From assembly GCA_964291625.2 (NCBI GenBank), contig OZ220089.1:3264001-3328000 (forward strand): a stretch of DNA of 64,000 nt. Direction: 5' to 3'. This DNA is from Candidatus Latescibacterota bacterium. GTDB taxonomy: Bacteria; Latescibacterota; UBA2968; UBA8231. The position numbers were made by a program, and so were the translations under genes. Position 1 is the stretch's first letter. Every line of letters begins with the position of its first letter. The notes under the pieces are model-generated. The model made no database searches, was not told the origin of the DNA, and worked only from the letters and a program-made list of their open reading frames with translations. Shown here in pieces: positions 18,515-28,150 of this stretch.

Positions 18515-21259
18515 TCAACGCAGCAGCAACAGCTTCTCCGTGCCGATCCAGCGCCCGGCCGACAGCCGCACCAGGTACACGCCGGAGGCCAGGGGGAGGC
18601 CCGACCCGTCGCGCCCGTCCCAGCTCACGCGGTGGGCCCCGGCCTCGCGGCGGCCTCGGAAGAGTTCCACGACCCGCTGCCCGGCGAGGTTGTAGACGGA
18701 CAGCCGAACCTCGGAGGCCGCCGGCAGGTCGAAGCGCAGGACGGTCTCGGCGTTGAAGGGGTTCGGATAGCTCGGCCCCAGCGCGTACTCATCCGGCGTG
18801 CCGTCCCCGATGATCTCGCTCACCGCCGTCACAGGCTCCGGCTCCGCCGCCGGGATGCGGGTGACGAGGCGCACGTCGTCCAGGTAGAGGGTGCCGGACA
18901 TGGAGCCGCGCAGCACGATCGCGTCGACCTCCTCGACGATACGGTCCGGGCCGCCGTACCGGTTCTCCACCGTGAAGGCGTCGAAGTCGATCTCCACGAC
19001 CTGCCACCCCGGGTCTCCGGGGACGACCTCGTACGGCGGGCGCAGCAGGTCGACGGAGAGATCGTCGACGACCACCGACAGGGCTGCGGGACCGGGCATA
19101 GCGGCGGCGCCCACGTGGAGGACGAGACGCAGGCCGGCGAAGCCCTGGATGTCCACGGGGGAGGGCGGCACCATGGTGGCCCGCCAGAGGGTCCAGAAGT
19201 TCACCGGCTGCAGGTGCAGCTCCAGGGCCTGGCGGCCGTTGAAGACGGGTCCCGCGTCCGTGGGACCGACGATCGTCGCCCCCTCCTCGCCGAGGAGCTG
19301 CCAGCCGCCGGCGAGCCCGTCGTCGAGGATCGGCAGGTCGGGCGGCGAGAGCACCATGTCGTGGCGGAACTCGTGGCCGAAGACGACGCCGCCGACCTCC
19401 TGCTCGAAGCGCACCCGAAGCGGGTAGGTGCCGGGGGGCACGTCGAGGGCGACGACCGCCCGCAGCGAGTACTCGTCCTCGCCGGCCGGGGTCAGCGGCA
19501 CCTCCGCGGGGCCGCCAAGGGCCGACAGGTCCGCCGTCACGCGCGGGTCCCCTCCGTCGGCCGACAGCGGCTCGATGCGCACCGTGGCCCGCAGCTCGGC
19601 CGTCTGCCCGAGGGTCAGGCCCGCGGGCAGGTCGTGACTCCAGATCGGGGGCAGCACGTACACGGTGCTGGCGAAGCGCAGCGACTCGGTGCGCTCCCCG
19701 GCCCGCTGCTCGACGCGGATGACGATGTCGCGGCGGCCGACCTCGCCGGCGACGAGCTCGACCTCCAGGCCGTACTCCCCGTCGCCGAGGGGGGTCAGCT
19801 CCACCTCGGCGGGTCCGCCGAGGGCGCTCAGGTCGGCGGTCACCCGCGGCTCCCCGCCGCCTTCGGCCAGGCGCTCGAGGCGCACGGTGCCCTTCAGCGT
19901 CACCCGGCCGGCGAGGCCGACCGACTCCGGCAGGTCGTGCTCCCAGGAACCCTGCAGCTGGCTGTGGGTGATCTTCAGGATCACCGTGTTGCGGCTGTCG
20001 CTGCCGACGTAGAGGCTGCCCTCCGCGTCGCTGGCGAGGCCGTGGGGGAAGCCCCAGACGCTGCTGGTGGTGGTGCCCGTCTGGAACCCCGTGACGAAGT
20101 CGGCCATGACGGCATCGGAGCCGTCAGGGTCGCTGAACAGGGCCTGCACCTTGTACCCGGGGTGGGAGGAGAGCTTGGCGCGGCCGGCGCGGAAGGCGAC
20201 GAAGGCGGCGTTCCTGTACCTCGCGGGGAACTGCTCGCCCGTGTAGAAGTGGATGCGCATCGGCGCCCAGTGGGCCGGCACCAGGACCGCCGGCTTCTTC
20301 TGGGTCATGGCCAGCAGCGAGTCCTCGCGCGTGATCGGCAGCATCGGGTGGTAGCGGCCGATGGTGAAGTCGTTCCAGACCTGGTGGCTCTGCACGAAGG
20401 GGTAGCCCTGGAAGTCGCCGTCGCGCAGCACGTCGATCCACTCCGGCGGACGGGAGCGGCCCTCCTCGTCGTGGCCGTTGTTGGTGCCCCACAGCTCGTT
20501 GGTGACCGGGTGCAGGTCCATGCCGACGACGTTGCGCACGCCGGTGACGAAGATGCGCCCGCCCGTGCCGTCGGCGTTGAACTCCATGACGGTGCCGCGC
20601 TCGGGGCGGTAGGGGAGGACATCGGTGGTGCTGGCCCCGGCAAACTGGTGGCCGGGCTCCATGCGGCACAGGTCGCAGGGGGAGCCGACGCTGACGTAGA
20701 GCTTCTCGTTCGGCTCGTCGAAGACGATCGTCTTGGTGTCGTGCCAGGCCTCGTAGGGCAGGTCGGAGACGAGGACCTCGGTATCCTCGTAGAGGCCGTC
20801 GCCGTCGGCGTCGATGGCTCGGATCACCCGGTGCTCCTCGCCGACGTACATCTCCCCCTTGTAGAACGCCAGACCGTCGCAGGTCCGCAGGCCGCCGAGG
20901 ACGACGGTCTCGTCGTCGGCGACGCCGTCCCCGTCGCGGTCGGGCAGGGCCATGACCTGGCCCCGCCGGGTGACGGCGTGGAGCACGCCTTCGGGGCTGA
21001 ACTGCAGGTCCCGCGGGCCCCCCTGGACCACGGCGAAGAGCCGGGCGCTGAAGCCCGGCGGGAGGTTGACGCTCAGGCCCCTGGGCACGTCGCCGCGGTA
21101 CTTCTCCGGCACCTCGATCTCGACCTTCTGCAGGCCCAGGTCGATGGTCGGGGTCAGAGTGCCGGGTGGGTAGTCGGCGCCGTAGTCCTGGGCGGACGGG
21201 GCGCCGGCGGCGAGCAGGCTCAGCAGGGCGAGGGGCCGGGAGGTCCGGAAGGCGCGCAT
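18515..21259 (-). CDS. Secreted PQQ-dependent sugar/sorbosone dehydrogenase-like beta-propeller with Ig-like repeats, a CBM-like domain and C-terminal FlgD-Ig
   Basis: DRDGDGVAD, LYVSVGSPCD, GVRNVVG, LWGTNNG, PAHWAP; C-terminal YPNPFN...WDGRDGSG..LASGVYLVRL. Confidence 0.85.
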   Translation of the reverse strand: MRAFRTSRPLALLSLLAAGAPSAQDYGADYPPGTLTPTIDLGLQKVEIEVPEKYRGDVPRGLSVNLPPGFSARLFAVVQGGPRDLQFSPEGVLHAVTRRGQVMALPDRDGDGVADDETVVLGGLRTCDGLAFYKGEMYVGEEHRVIRAIDADGDGLYEDTEVLVSDLPYEAWHDTKTIVFDEPNEKLYVSVGSPCDLCRMEPGHQFAGASTTDVLPYRPERGTVMEFNADGTGGRIFVTGVRNVVGMDLHPVTNELWGTNNGHDEEGRSRPPEWIDVLRDGDFQGYPFVQSHQVWNDFTIGRYHPMLPITREDSLLAMTQKKPAVLVPAHWAPMRIHFYTGEQFPARYRNAAFVAFRAGRAKLSSHPGYKVQALFSDPDGSDAVMADFVTGFQTGTTTSSVWGFPHGLASDAEGSLYVGSDSRNTVILKITHSQLQGSWEHDLPESVGLAGRVTLKGTVRLERLAEGGGEPRVTADLSALGGPAEVELTPLGDGEYGLEVELVAGEVGRRDIVIRVEQRAGERTESLRFASTVYVLPPIWSHDLPAGLTLGQTAELRATVRIEPLSADGGDPRVTADLSALGGPAEVPLTPAGEDEYSLRAVVALDVPPGTYPLRVRFEQEVGGVVFGHEFRHDMVLSPPDLPILDDGLAGGWQLLGEEGATIVGPTDAGPVFNGRQALELHLQPVNFWTLWRATMVPPSPVDIQGFAGLRLVLHVGAAAMPGPAALSVVVDDLSVDLLRPPYEVVPGDPGWQVVEIDFDAFTVENRYGGPDRIVEEVDAIVLRGSMSGTLYLDDVRLVTRIPAAEPEPVTAVSEIIGDGTPDEYALGPSYPNPFNAETVLRFDLPAASEVRLSVYNLAGQRVVELFRGRREAGAHRVSWDGRDGSGLPLASGVYLVRLSAGRWIGTEKLLLLR

Positions 21260-21562
21260 AGCGGGTCTCTCTTCGGAGGAGGGAGTGCCAGGGCGCGGAC
21301 AGTCGCGCGGGGCCACACCAACACCAAGAACTAACTCAGGCCTCCCGTCATCTGCCAGGGCGAGAGAGCGTCGGCGCACGAGCAGCAGGCGCCGGGGCCG
21401 GCCGCGAAGGTGATTCCGAGGGGGAGTTGACCGGGAGCGCGGACCCGGCGTAGCGTGCGGGCCCCCGCCGTCGCCGAGCCGCGGCGGGCGGCTGGCATCG
21501 ATCTGCTCAGGGCCTCGGGCCCTGCCGCCGATGGCGATGCGCAACGTGGAGATACAGGTCCC

Positions 21563-22561
21563 CTGCAACTGCCCAACTACCCCCCGGCCCAGGGCATCCG
21601 CGTGCCGGCGGCCGAGATGCGCCGGCTGACGGCCTCCCTCCTCGAGCGGGCCGGCATGCCCCGGGAGCGGGCCGGGTGGCTGGCCGCCCGGCTCGTCGAG
21701 TGCGACCTGCGCTGCGTCTTCAGCCACGGCACCAAGCACGTGGCCCACTACGTGCGGCTCATGCGCGACGGCCGCGTCAACCCCGCGCCCGAGGTCCGGG
21801 TCGTGGACGAGTCCGGGACCACGGCCGTCCTCGACGGCGACGGCGGCCTCGGCTACTTCCCCTGCCAGCGGGGGATGGAGATGGCGCTGGCCCGGGCCGG
21901 CGCCCACGGCCTCGGAGCGGTGACGACCGGCAACCATCACCACATCGGCTCGGCGGGCCTCTACTCGCGCCTGGCCCTGGAGGCCGACTGCATCGGCCTG
22001 GCGGCGTCGTCGGTGCGCTACCCCATGGACCCGGACGACCTGGTGCTGCGCGCCGCCGGGGCCTCGCCCCTGAGCGTGGCCGTGCCGACAGACAAGCAGC
22101 CGCCGCTGGTCGTCGACATGGGGGCGCACATGCTGCCCCACGAGCCGGAGCTGCTCGAGCGCTTCCCGCGGGTGTTCTTCAAGAGCCTCGGGCTGGGGGC
22201 CGTGCTGCAGGTCCTCGGCGGGGTGCTGGCCGGCATCCATCGGCCGGAGCTGCAGGCCACGGGGTCGCCATGGGTCTCCGACCAGGGCGGTTTCGTCGCC
22301 GCCATCGCCGTCGAGCGGTTCATGCCCGCGGCCGAGTTCAAGGCCGCCATGGACGGGTACGTCTCCCGGGCGCGGAGCATGCAACCCTTCCCGGGCGTGG
22401 ACCGCGCCGAGCTGCCAGGCGGCCTGGAGTGGCAATGGGAGCGGGACCACGCCCGCGACGGCATCCGCGTCGGCGCCGAGCACCGGGAGGTGCTGGAGGA
22501 GATCGCCGCCGAGGTCGGCGTGGCCACACCCTTCGCCCGCTACGAGAGCACCCGTTTCTGA
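21563..22561 (+). CDS. Ldh_2 (malate/L-lactate/ureidoglycolate dehydrogenase) family oxidoreductase
   Basis: DLRCVFSHG, DGDGGLGY, NHHHIGSAG, LVVDM, LPGGLE. Start uncertain: CTG follows GGAGA; alternatives are GTG 21602 and ATG 21617. Confidence 0.82.
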   Translation: MQLPNYPPAQGIRVPAAEMRRLTASLLERAGMPRERAGWLAARLVECDLRCVFSHGTKHVAHYVRLMRDGRVNPAPEVRVVDESGTTAVLDGDGGLGYFPCQRGMEMALARAGAHGLGAVTTGNHHHIGSAGLYSRLALEADCIGLAASSVRYPMDPDDLVLRAAGASPLSVAVPTDKQPPLVVDMGAHMLPHEPELLERFPRVFFKSLGLGAVLQVLGGVLAGIHRPELQATGSPWVSDQGGFVAAIAVERFMPAAEFKAAMDGYVSRARSMQPFPGVDRAELPGGLEWQWERDHARDGIRVGAEHREVLEEIAAEVGVATPFARYESTRF

Positions 22562-22574
22562 CCAGGAGCCGCTA

Positions 22575-23798
22575 ATGAGGATCACGGACGTCGACATCAT
22601 CCCCATCCATCCCCGCCTGGCGGAGCGCAACCGGCACGATCCGGTGCGCTTCGCCGGCATCGACCACCGCGTCGTCTGCCGGGTGCGCACCGACGACGGC
22701 CTCGTCGGCTACGGCGACCACCGGGGGGGCGCGCCCTCGGCCGCGAGCGTGGAGCCGCTGATCGGCCGCAGCCCCTTCGAGTTCCTCGGCAACGGATTCG
22801 ATCCGGCCGTGGGCGGCGCCCTCTACGACGTGATGGGAAAGCACCTGGGGGTTCCCGCGTACCGGCTCATGGGCCCCAAGGTGAGGGATGCGGTCTCGGT
22901 GGCCGCCTGGACGCGGCAGGCGTCGCCGGAGGAGTTCGCCGCCGAGGTGCGGCGGGCGGCGCAGCAGGGGTACCTGGTGATCAAGATGCACACGACGCCG
23001 GTCCACGACGTGCGGGAGCAGGTGCTCGCCGCCGAGGAAGTGGCGCCGGAGGGTTTCCGCCTGCACTTCGACCTGAACGGCTCGCGGACGCTGGCCACGC
23101 TGCTGCCGATCGTGCGCTGGCTCGAGGGCCGTCCCGTGGTCGGCTGCATCGAGGACCCGTGCCAGAAGGACGACCTGGACTCCTGGTGCCGGCTGCGCGA
23201 GCAGACCACCCTGCCCCTGGTCTTCCACGTGCCGCCCGGCGAGTCCCGCCTGCCGGCCCTGGGCCGGGGCGCCGCCGACGCCTACCTCATCGGCAGCGGC
23301 GGCAGCAGCATCGGCGACACTCTGGCCAACGGCACCGCCTGCGCCCGGCTCAACACCCAGTGCCTGATCCAGCTGACGGGCGGCACCCTGACCAAGGCCC
23401 TGGGCCTGCACATGGCCGCCGTGCTGCCCACGGCCACGGGCCACTCGATCCACCTCGACGACCAGTACGAGGACGACATCACCACCGAGAGGATCGAGGT
23501 GGCGGCGGGGTGCTCTCCCGTGCCGGAGCGGCCGGGGCTCGGCTTCGACGTGGACGAGGACGCCCTCGAGCGGCTGGCCGCGAACCCGCCCGCCCAGGTC
23601 CCGCGTCACCTGGAGCGCGTGCACCTGCCGGGCGGACGAACGCTGTACGGGCGCTCGCCGGGGGACGTGGCCCGCGCCACCGGGCGCGAGGAGGGGGCGA
23701 TCCAGGGCCTGCGGAGCGAGACCTGGCACGACGACGGGTCGGAGGAGTTCCGCCGGACCTGGGAGCGCGTGCGGCGGGACGGACCCTACATCCACTGA
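22575..23798 (+). CDS. Mandelate racemase/muconate lactonizing enzyme (enolase superfamily)
   Basis: TDDGLVGYG, ALYDVMGK..GVPAYRLMG, IKMH, FDLN, IEDP, PGLGFDVD. Confidence 0.87.
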   Translation: MRITDVDIIPIHPRLAERNRHDPVRFAGIDHRVVCRVRTDDGLVGYGDHRGGAPSAASVEPLIGRSPFEFLGNGFDPAVGGALYDVMGKHLGVPAYRLMGPKVRDAVSVAAWTRQASPEEFAAEVRRAAQQGYLVIKMHTTPVHDVREQVLAAEEVAPEGFRLHFDLNGSRTLATLLPIVRWLEGRPVVGCIEDPCQKDDLDSWCRLREQTTLPLVFHVPPGESRLPALGRGAADAYLIGSGGSSIGDTLANGTACARLNTQCLIQLTGGTLTKALGLHMAAVLPTATGHSIHLDDQYEDDITTERIEVAAGCSPVPERPGLGFDVDEDALERLAANPPAQVPRHLERVHLPGGRTLYGRSPGDVARATGREEGAIQGLRSETWHDDGSEEFRRTWERVRRDGPYIH

Positions 23799-23914
23799 GA
23801 GGGGGCCCCACGCCGATCGACCACCGAGCATCGACGGAAGAGCCGGCGGCAGAGCTGCCAGGAGCGGGGAGTTCTCGACATGAATGCAGTCGCCATCGAG
23901 AGGGAGCGCGAGCG

Positions 23915-25648
23915 ATGACCGGCGCCCTCGGGATCCTCACCGAGGCCGACGTGGGCGTGCCGATGCGGGACGGCGCGCGCATGGAGGCCCACGTCTTCCG
24001 GCCCGACGCCGGGGGCCCCTTCCCGGCGATCCTGCACCGCACGCCGTACGGCCGCTCGAAGGGCGGGTACGAGCGCTACGTGCGCGCCGGGTACGCCGTC
24101 GTCTCCATGGACTCCCGCGGCCGCTACGGCTCCGAGGGCGACTGGGTCCCCTTCACCGTGGAGGACACTGGGGACGCCGAGGACGGGTACGACTCGGTGG
24201 AGTGGCTGGCGGCGCAGCCGTGGTGCGACGGCCGGGTGGGCACCCTCGGGGCCTCGTACGACGCCTGGATGCAGTGGCAGCTCGCCCGGCTGCGGCCGCC
24301 CCACCTGCAGGCGATGTGCGCCTACACCATCCCCCTGGAGCTGACCGAGGTCGACTGGCCGGGCGGCTTCCGGCCGGGGCGGCGCATCAAGTGGTGGCTC
24401 ACCTCCATGGCGCCGGACCTGCGCCGCCGGCGGGGACTGCCGCCGCCGCACACGCCGGCCGAGGCCCGCCGGGAGTGGGACGAGGCCGACGGCGAGTCCC
24501 CCTGGGTCGAGTACCTGCCCTGGCTCGACCTGCCGCGCCACCTGCCGCCGGGTCTGGCGGAGTACGCCCGGGACTGGCTGGAGCACCCCAACCGCCGGCC
24601 CTGGCGCCTCGACGAGGTCCACGGCGAGGTGGAGGTGCCGAACCTCGACTTCAGCGGCTGGTACGACCACTGCAACGGTTCCATGCGCCACCTGCAGCTC
24701 ATGCAGCGCCGCGGCCGCACCGAGTTGGCGCGGTCCCAGACGAGGCTGATCGCCGGCCCCTGGAACCACCCCGGCCTCGGCAGCCGCGCCGTGGCCGGCG
24801 TCGACTTCGGACCCCAGGCGCGGCTCGACCTCCCCGACCTGATCATCCGCTGGTTCGACCGCTGGCTCAAAGGCGTCGACAACGGCGTCGACCGCGAGCC
24901 GGCGGTGCGCTACTTCGTCATGGGCGGCGGCGGCCGGTGGCGCTCGGCCGAGACCTGGCCGCCGGCTGAAACGACACCCCGGGAGTATCAGTTGAGCAGC
25001 GGCGGCGGCGCCGGCTTCGGCGGTTCGGGGCGGCTGTCCACCGGCGGCCGGCAGGACGGCGCCGACGGCGCCGAGGCCGACCGCTTCGACTACGATCCCC
25101 GCGACCCCGTGCCGACCCTGTGGACGAAGGAGTGGTTCACGGGGCCCTCGGACCGCCGCCGGGTGGAGGAGCGCGCGGACATCCTCTGCTACCGCACGGA
25201 GCCGCTGGCCCAGGCGGTGGAGATCGCCGGCTACCCGGAGGCCGTGCTCTTCGTCAGCTCCTCGGCGCCGGACACGGATTTCTTCGCCCGCCTCGTGGAC
25301 GAGCATCCCCCGGAGGGAGAGGACCGGTCCTCTGGGCGGGCCCTGGAGGTCTGCTACGGCATGGTCCGCGTCCGCCACCGCAACTCCCTCGACGCCGAGG
25401 AGCTGCTCTCACCGGGGGAGGTGGTGGAGCTGCGCATCCAGCTCGGGCCGACGGCCTGCCGCTTCGAGCCCGGCCACCGCATCCGCCTGGAGATCACCTC
25501 GAGCGACTTCCCCAACCACGACCGCAACCACAACACGGGGAAGAACGACCTGGCCGACACGGAGCTGGCGGTGGCGGCCAACGCCGTGCACCACTCGGAC
25601 GGGCGGCCGTCGCGGCTGGTGCTGCCGGTGCTGGGGGGCGAGGGGTGA
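23915..25648 (+). CDS. CocE/NonD family hydrolase (peptidase S15)
   Basis: PMRDG, RTPY, DSRGRYGSEG, GASYDA, GWYD, GPWNH, SSDFP. Confidence 0.92.
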   Translation: MTGALGILTEADVGVPMRDGARMEAHVFRPDAGGPFPAILHRTPYGRSKGGYERYVRAGYAVVSMDSRGRYGSEGDWVPFTVEDTGDAEDGYDSVEWLAAQPWCDGRVGTLGASYDAWMQWQLARLRPPHLQAMCAYTIPLELTEVDWPGGFRPGRRIKWWLTSMAPDLRRRRGLPPPHTPAEARREWDEADGESPWVEYLPWLDLPRHLPPGLAEYARDWLEHPNRRPWRLDEVHGEVEVPNLDFSGWYDHCNGSMRHLQLMQRRGRTELARSQTRLIAGPWNHPGLGSRAVAGVDFGPQARLDLPDLIIRWFDRWLKGVDNGVDREPAVRYFVMGGGGRWRSAETWPPAETTPREYQLSSGGGAGFGGSGRLSTGGRQDGADGAEADRFDYDPRDPVPTLWTKEWFTGPSDRRRVEERADILCYRTEPLAQAVEIAGYPEAVLFVSSSAPDTDFFARLVDEHPPEGEDRSSGRALEVCYGMVRVRHRNSLDAEELLSPGEVVELRIQLGPTACRFEPGHRIRLEITSSDFPNHDRNHNTGKNDLADTELAVAANAVHHSDGRPSRLVLPVLGGEG

Positions 25649-26799
25649 GAGCGCGGGCCGAGGCGAGGACCGGCGACGCCGCCGACCTCGACTTCCTCGA
25701 CGAGGGATCGGTGGACCTGGTGGTCACCTCCCCCCCGTACCCGATGATCGAGATGTGGGACGAGGCCTTCGGTTGCCAGAGATCGGGCGTTGCGGAGGCC
25801 CTGGACGCGGGTGACGGAGCCCGGGTCTTCGAGTTGATGCACGAGCTGCTCGACGCCGCCTGGGCCGAGGTCCACCGCGTCCTGCGCCCGGGCGGGATCG
25901 CCTGCATCAACATCGGCGACGCCACCCGCACCCTGAACGGCGACTTCCGCCTCTGGTCGAACCACTCCCGGGTCCTGTCCGGCCTGCTGCGCGCCGGATT
26001 CGTCCTTCTCCCCGACATCCTCTGGCGCAAGCCGAACAACGCGCCCAACAAGTTCCTCGGCTCGGGGATGCTGCCCGCCGGCGCCTACGTGACCTACGAG
26101 CACGAGTACGTCCTGATCGCCCGCAAGGGCCCGCGCCGGGAGTTCGCCACCGAAGAGGAGAGGAGCCGCCGCCGGGAGAGCGCCTACTTCTGGGAGGAGA
26201 GGAACCTCTGGTTCTCGGACGTCTGGACGGACATCCCCGGGGCCGGCCAGGAGCTTGTCGACCAGGCTTCCCGCAAGAGGAGCGCGGCCTTCCCCTTCGA
26301 GCTGGCCTACCGGCTGATCTGCATGCACTCGGTGAAGGGAGACACGGTCCTGGATCCCTTCGCCGGCACCGGGATCACCGCCGCGGCCTCCCTGGCCTCG
26401 GGGAGGAACGCCGTCTCGGTGGAGCTGGACCCGACGCTGCTCCCCGTGACGCGGCGTCTCCTCCTGTCGCTGCCGGAGTTCGCGAACCGGCATCTCCGTC
26501 AGCGGCTCCGCCGCCACGTGGAGTTCGTCGAGAGGAGGACCGCCGAGGGCGGGGCCTTCAAGCACGTCAACCGGAACTACGGCTTCCCCGTGGTGACCTC
26601 CCAGGAGCGGGACCTGCTGCTCAACGATCTCCTGTCGGTGACCGACAACGATGGTTCGATGGTCGCCCGGTACGACGAGCAGCCGCAGCCGGAGTTCGTG
26701 AAGGAGTGGACGCCGGAGGAAGTGGAACGCTTCACCTTGAGCCCGAGCGAACTTCAGGCCGAGCTCCCGCTAATCCCTCCTCAGAACACCGACAGGTAG
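25645..26799 (+). CDS. Beta-class N4-cytosine/N6-adenine DNA methyltransferase (solitary)
   Basis: Catalytic VVTSPPY precedes SAM-binding LDPFAGTG; GTGA overlap with the CocE gene. Confidence 0.9.
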   Translation: MRARAEARTGDAADLDFLDEGSVDLVVTSPPYPMIEMWDEAFGCQRSGVAEALDAGDGARVFELMHELLDAAWAEVHRVLRPGGIACINIGDATRTLNGDFRLWSNHSRVLSGLLRAGFVLLPDILWRKPNNAPNKFLGSGMLPAGAYVTYEHEYVLIARKGPRREFATEEERSRRRESAYFWEERNLWFSDVWTDIPGAGQELVDQASRKRSAAFPFELAYRLICMHSVKGDTVLDPFAGTGITAAASLASGRNAVSVELDPTLLPVTRRLLLSLPEFANRHLRQRLRRHVEFVERRTAEGGAFKHVNRNYGFPVVTSQERDLLLNDLLSVTDNDGSMVARYDEQPQPEFVKEWTPEEVERFTLSPSELQAELPLIPPQNTDR

Positions 26800-28115
26800 G
26801 TCTCCCGCTCCCAGTCGCTGACCGACTGGTGGTAGTCCCGCCACTCCTCGCGCTTGCACTCCAGGTAGTAGCCGGAGTACTCCCGGCCGAGGGCCTCGCG
26901 GACCACCTCGTCCTGCTCCAGGGCGTCGCAGGCGTCGCGCAGGGTGGCGGGCAGGTAGTCGATGCCGCGCTCGGCCAGCTCGGCCTCGGTCAGCTCGTAG
27001 AGGTTCTCGTTGTTGCGGCGGCCGGGGTCGGTCTCGTTCTCGATGCCGTCGAGGCCGGCGGCCAGGAGCACGGCGCTGGCCAGGTACGGGTTGGCGGCGC
27101 CGTCGACGCAGCGGTTCTCGATGCGGCCGGGCGCCGGGATGCGGATCATCTGGGTGCGGTTGGAGCCGCCGTAGGTGACGTAGACCGGAGCCCAGCTGGC
27201 GCCGGAGCGGGGGGCGCCGCGGGTGAGGCGCTTGTAGCTGTTGACCAGGGGGCCGGAGACCGCCACGAGGGCCTTGGCGTGGGCCAGGACGCCGCCCATG
27301 AAGTGGTAGGCCATCCGCGACAGGCCGCTGGGGTCGCTCTCGTCGAAGAAGAGGTTGGTCTCGTTGTCCGTGTCCCACAGGCTCATGTGGAAGTGGGCGC
27401 CCGAGCCGGTGAGGTCGCCGAAGGGCTTGGGCATGAAGGTGGCGTGGAGGCCGCGCTCCTCGGCCATGGTCTTGACCATCCAGCGGTAGAAGGTGTGGCG
27501 GTCGGCCGTGGTCAGGGCGTCGGAGTACTCCCAGTTGATCTCGAACTGGCAGTTGGCGTCCTCGTGGTCGTTGGCGTACGGACCCCACCCGAGGGCCTGC
27601 AGGTGGCCGATGAGGGTGGTCATGAGGTCGAAGTTGCGGTTGAGGGTGACCAGGTCGTAGCAGGGCTTGTCCAGGGTGTCGAAGGGATCGCTGGTGGTGA
27701 AGCGGCCCTCCTCGTCGCGCTTGAGGAGGATGAACTCGGCCTCGACGCCGACGTTGAAGCGGTAGCCGAGACCGCGGGCCCGCTCGAGCTGGCGGTTGAG
27801 GATGGTGCGCGGGCAGTAGTCGAAGGGCTCGCCCTCGACCTCGAGGTTGCCGGGGACCCAGGCCATGTCGGGCCGCCAGGGCACGATCATCCCCTGGCCG
27901 AAGTCGGGCATGTTGGCCAGCTCGGGGCTGTGGGGGCCCTGGCCCATGTTGCCGGCGGCGAAGCCGGCGAAACCGGCGCCCTCGGCGGCCATGTCCTGAA
28001 GGTTGGTGGCCGGCACCAGCTTGGCCTTGGGCATGCCGCCCATCTCGACGAAGGAGCACAGGAAGTACTCGATCTCTTTGTCCTTCACCCACTTCTCGAC
28101 ATCTCTGAGTTCCAT
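26781..28115 (-). CDS. glnT: Type III glutamate-ammonia ligase / gamma-glutamylmethylamide synthetase (GmaS)
   Basis: PKAKLVP, GAGFAGFA, YANDHEDANCQFEINW, ATFMPKPF, SGASWAP, NRTQMIRIP; context of mgd and mgs genes. Confidence 0.9.
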   Translation of the reverse strand: MELRDVEKWVKDKEIEYFLCSFVEMGGMPKAKLVPATNLQDMAAEGAGFAGFAAGNMGQGPHSPELANMPDFGQGMIVPWRPDMAWVPGNLEVEGEPFDYCPRTILNRQLERARGLGYRFNVGVEAEFILLKRDEEGRFTTSDPFDTLDKPCYDLVTLNRNFDLMTTLIGHLQALGWGPYANDHEDANCQFEINWEYSDALTTADRHTFYRWMVKTMAEERGLHATFMPKPFGDLTGSGAHFHMSLWDTDNETNLFFDESDPSGLSRMAYHFMGGVLAHAKALVAVSGPLVNSYKRLTRGAPRSGASWAPVYVTYGGSNRTQMIRIPAPGRIENRCVDGAANPYLASAVLLAAGLDGIENETDPGRRNNENLYELTEAELAERGIDYLPATLRDACDALEQDEVVREALGREYSGYYLECKREEWRDYHQSVSDWERETYLSVF

Positions 28116-28150
28116 GACCCTCTCCTCGGGGGATGCGTTTGAAGTAATGC

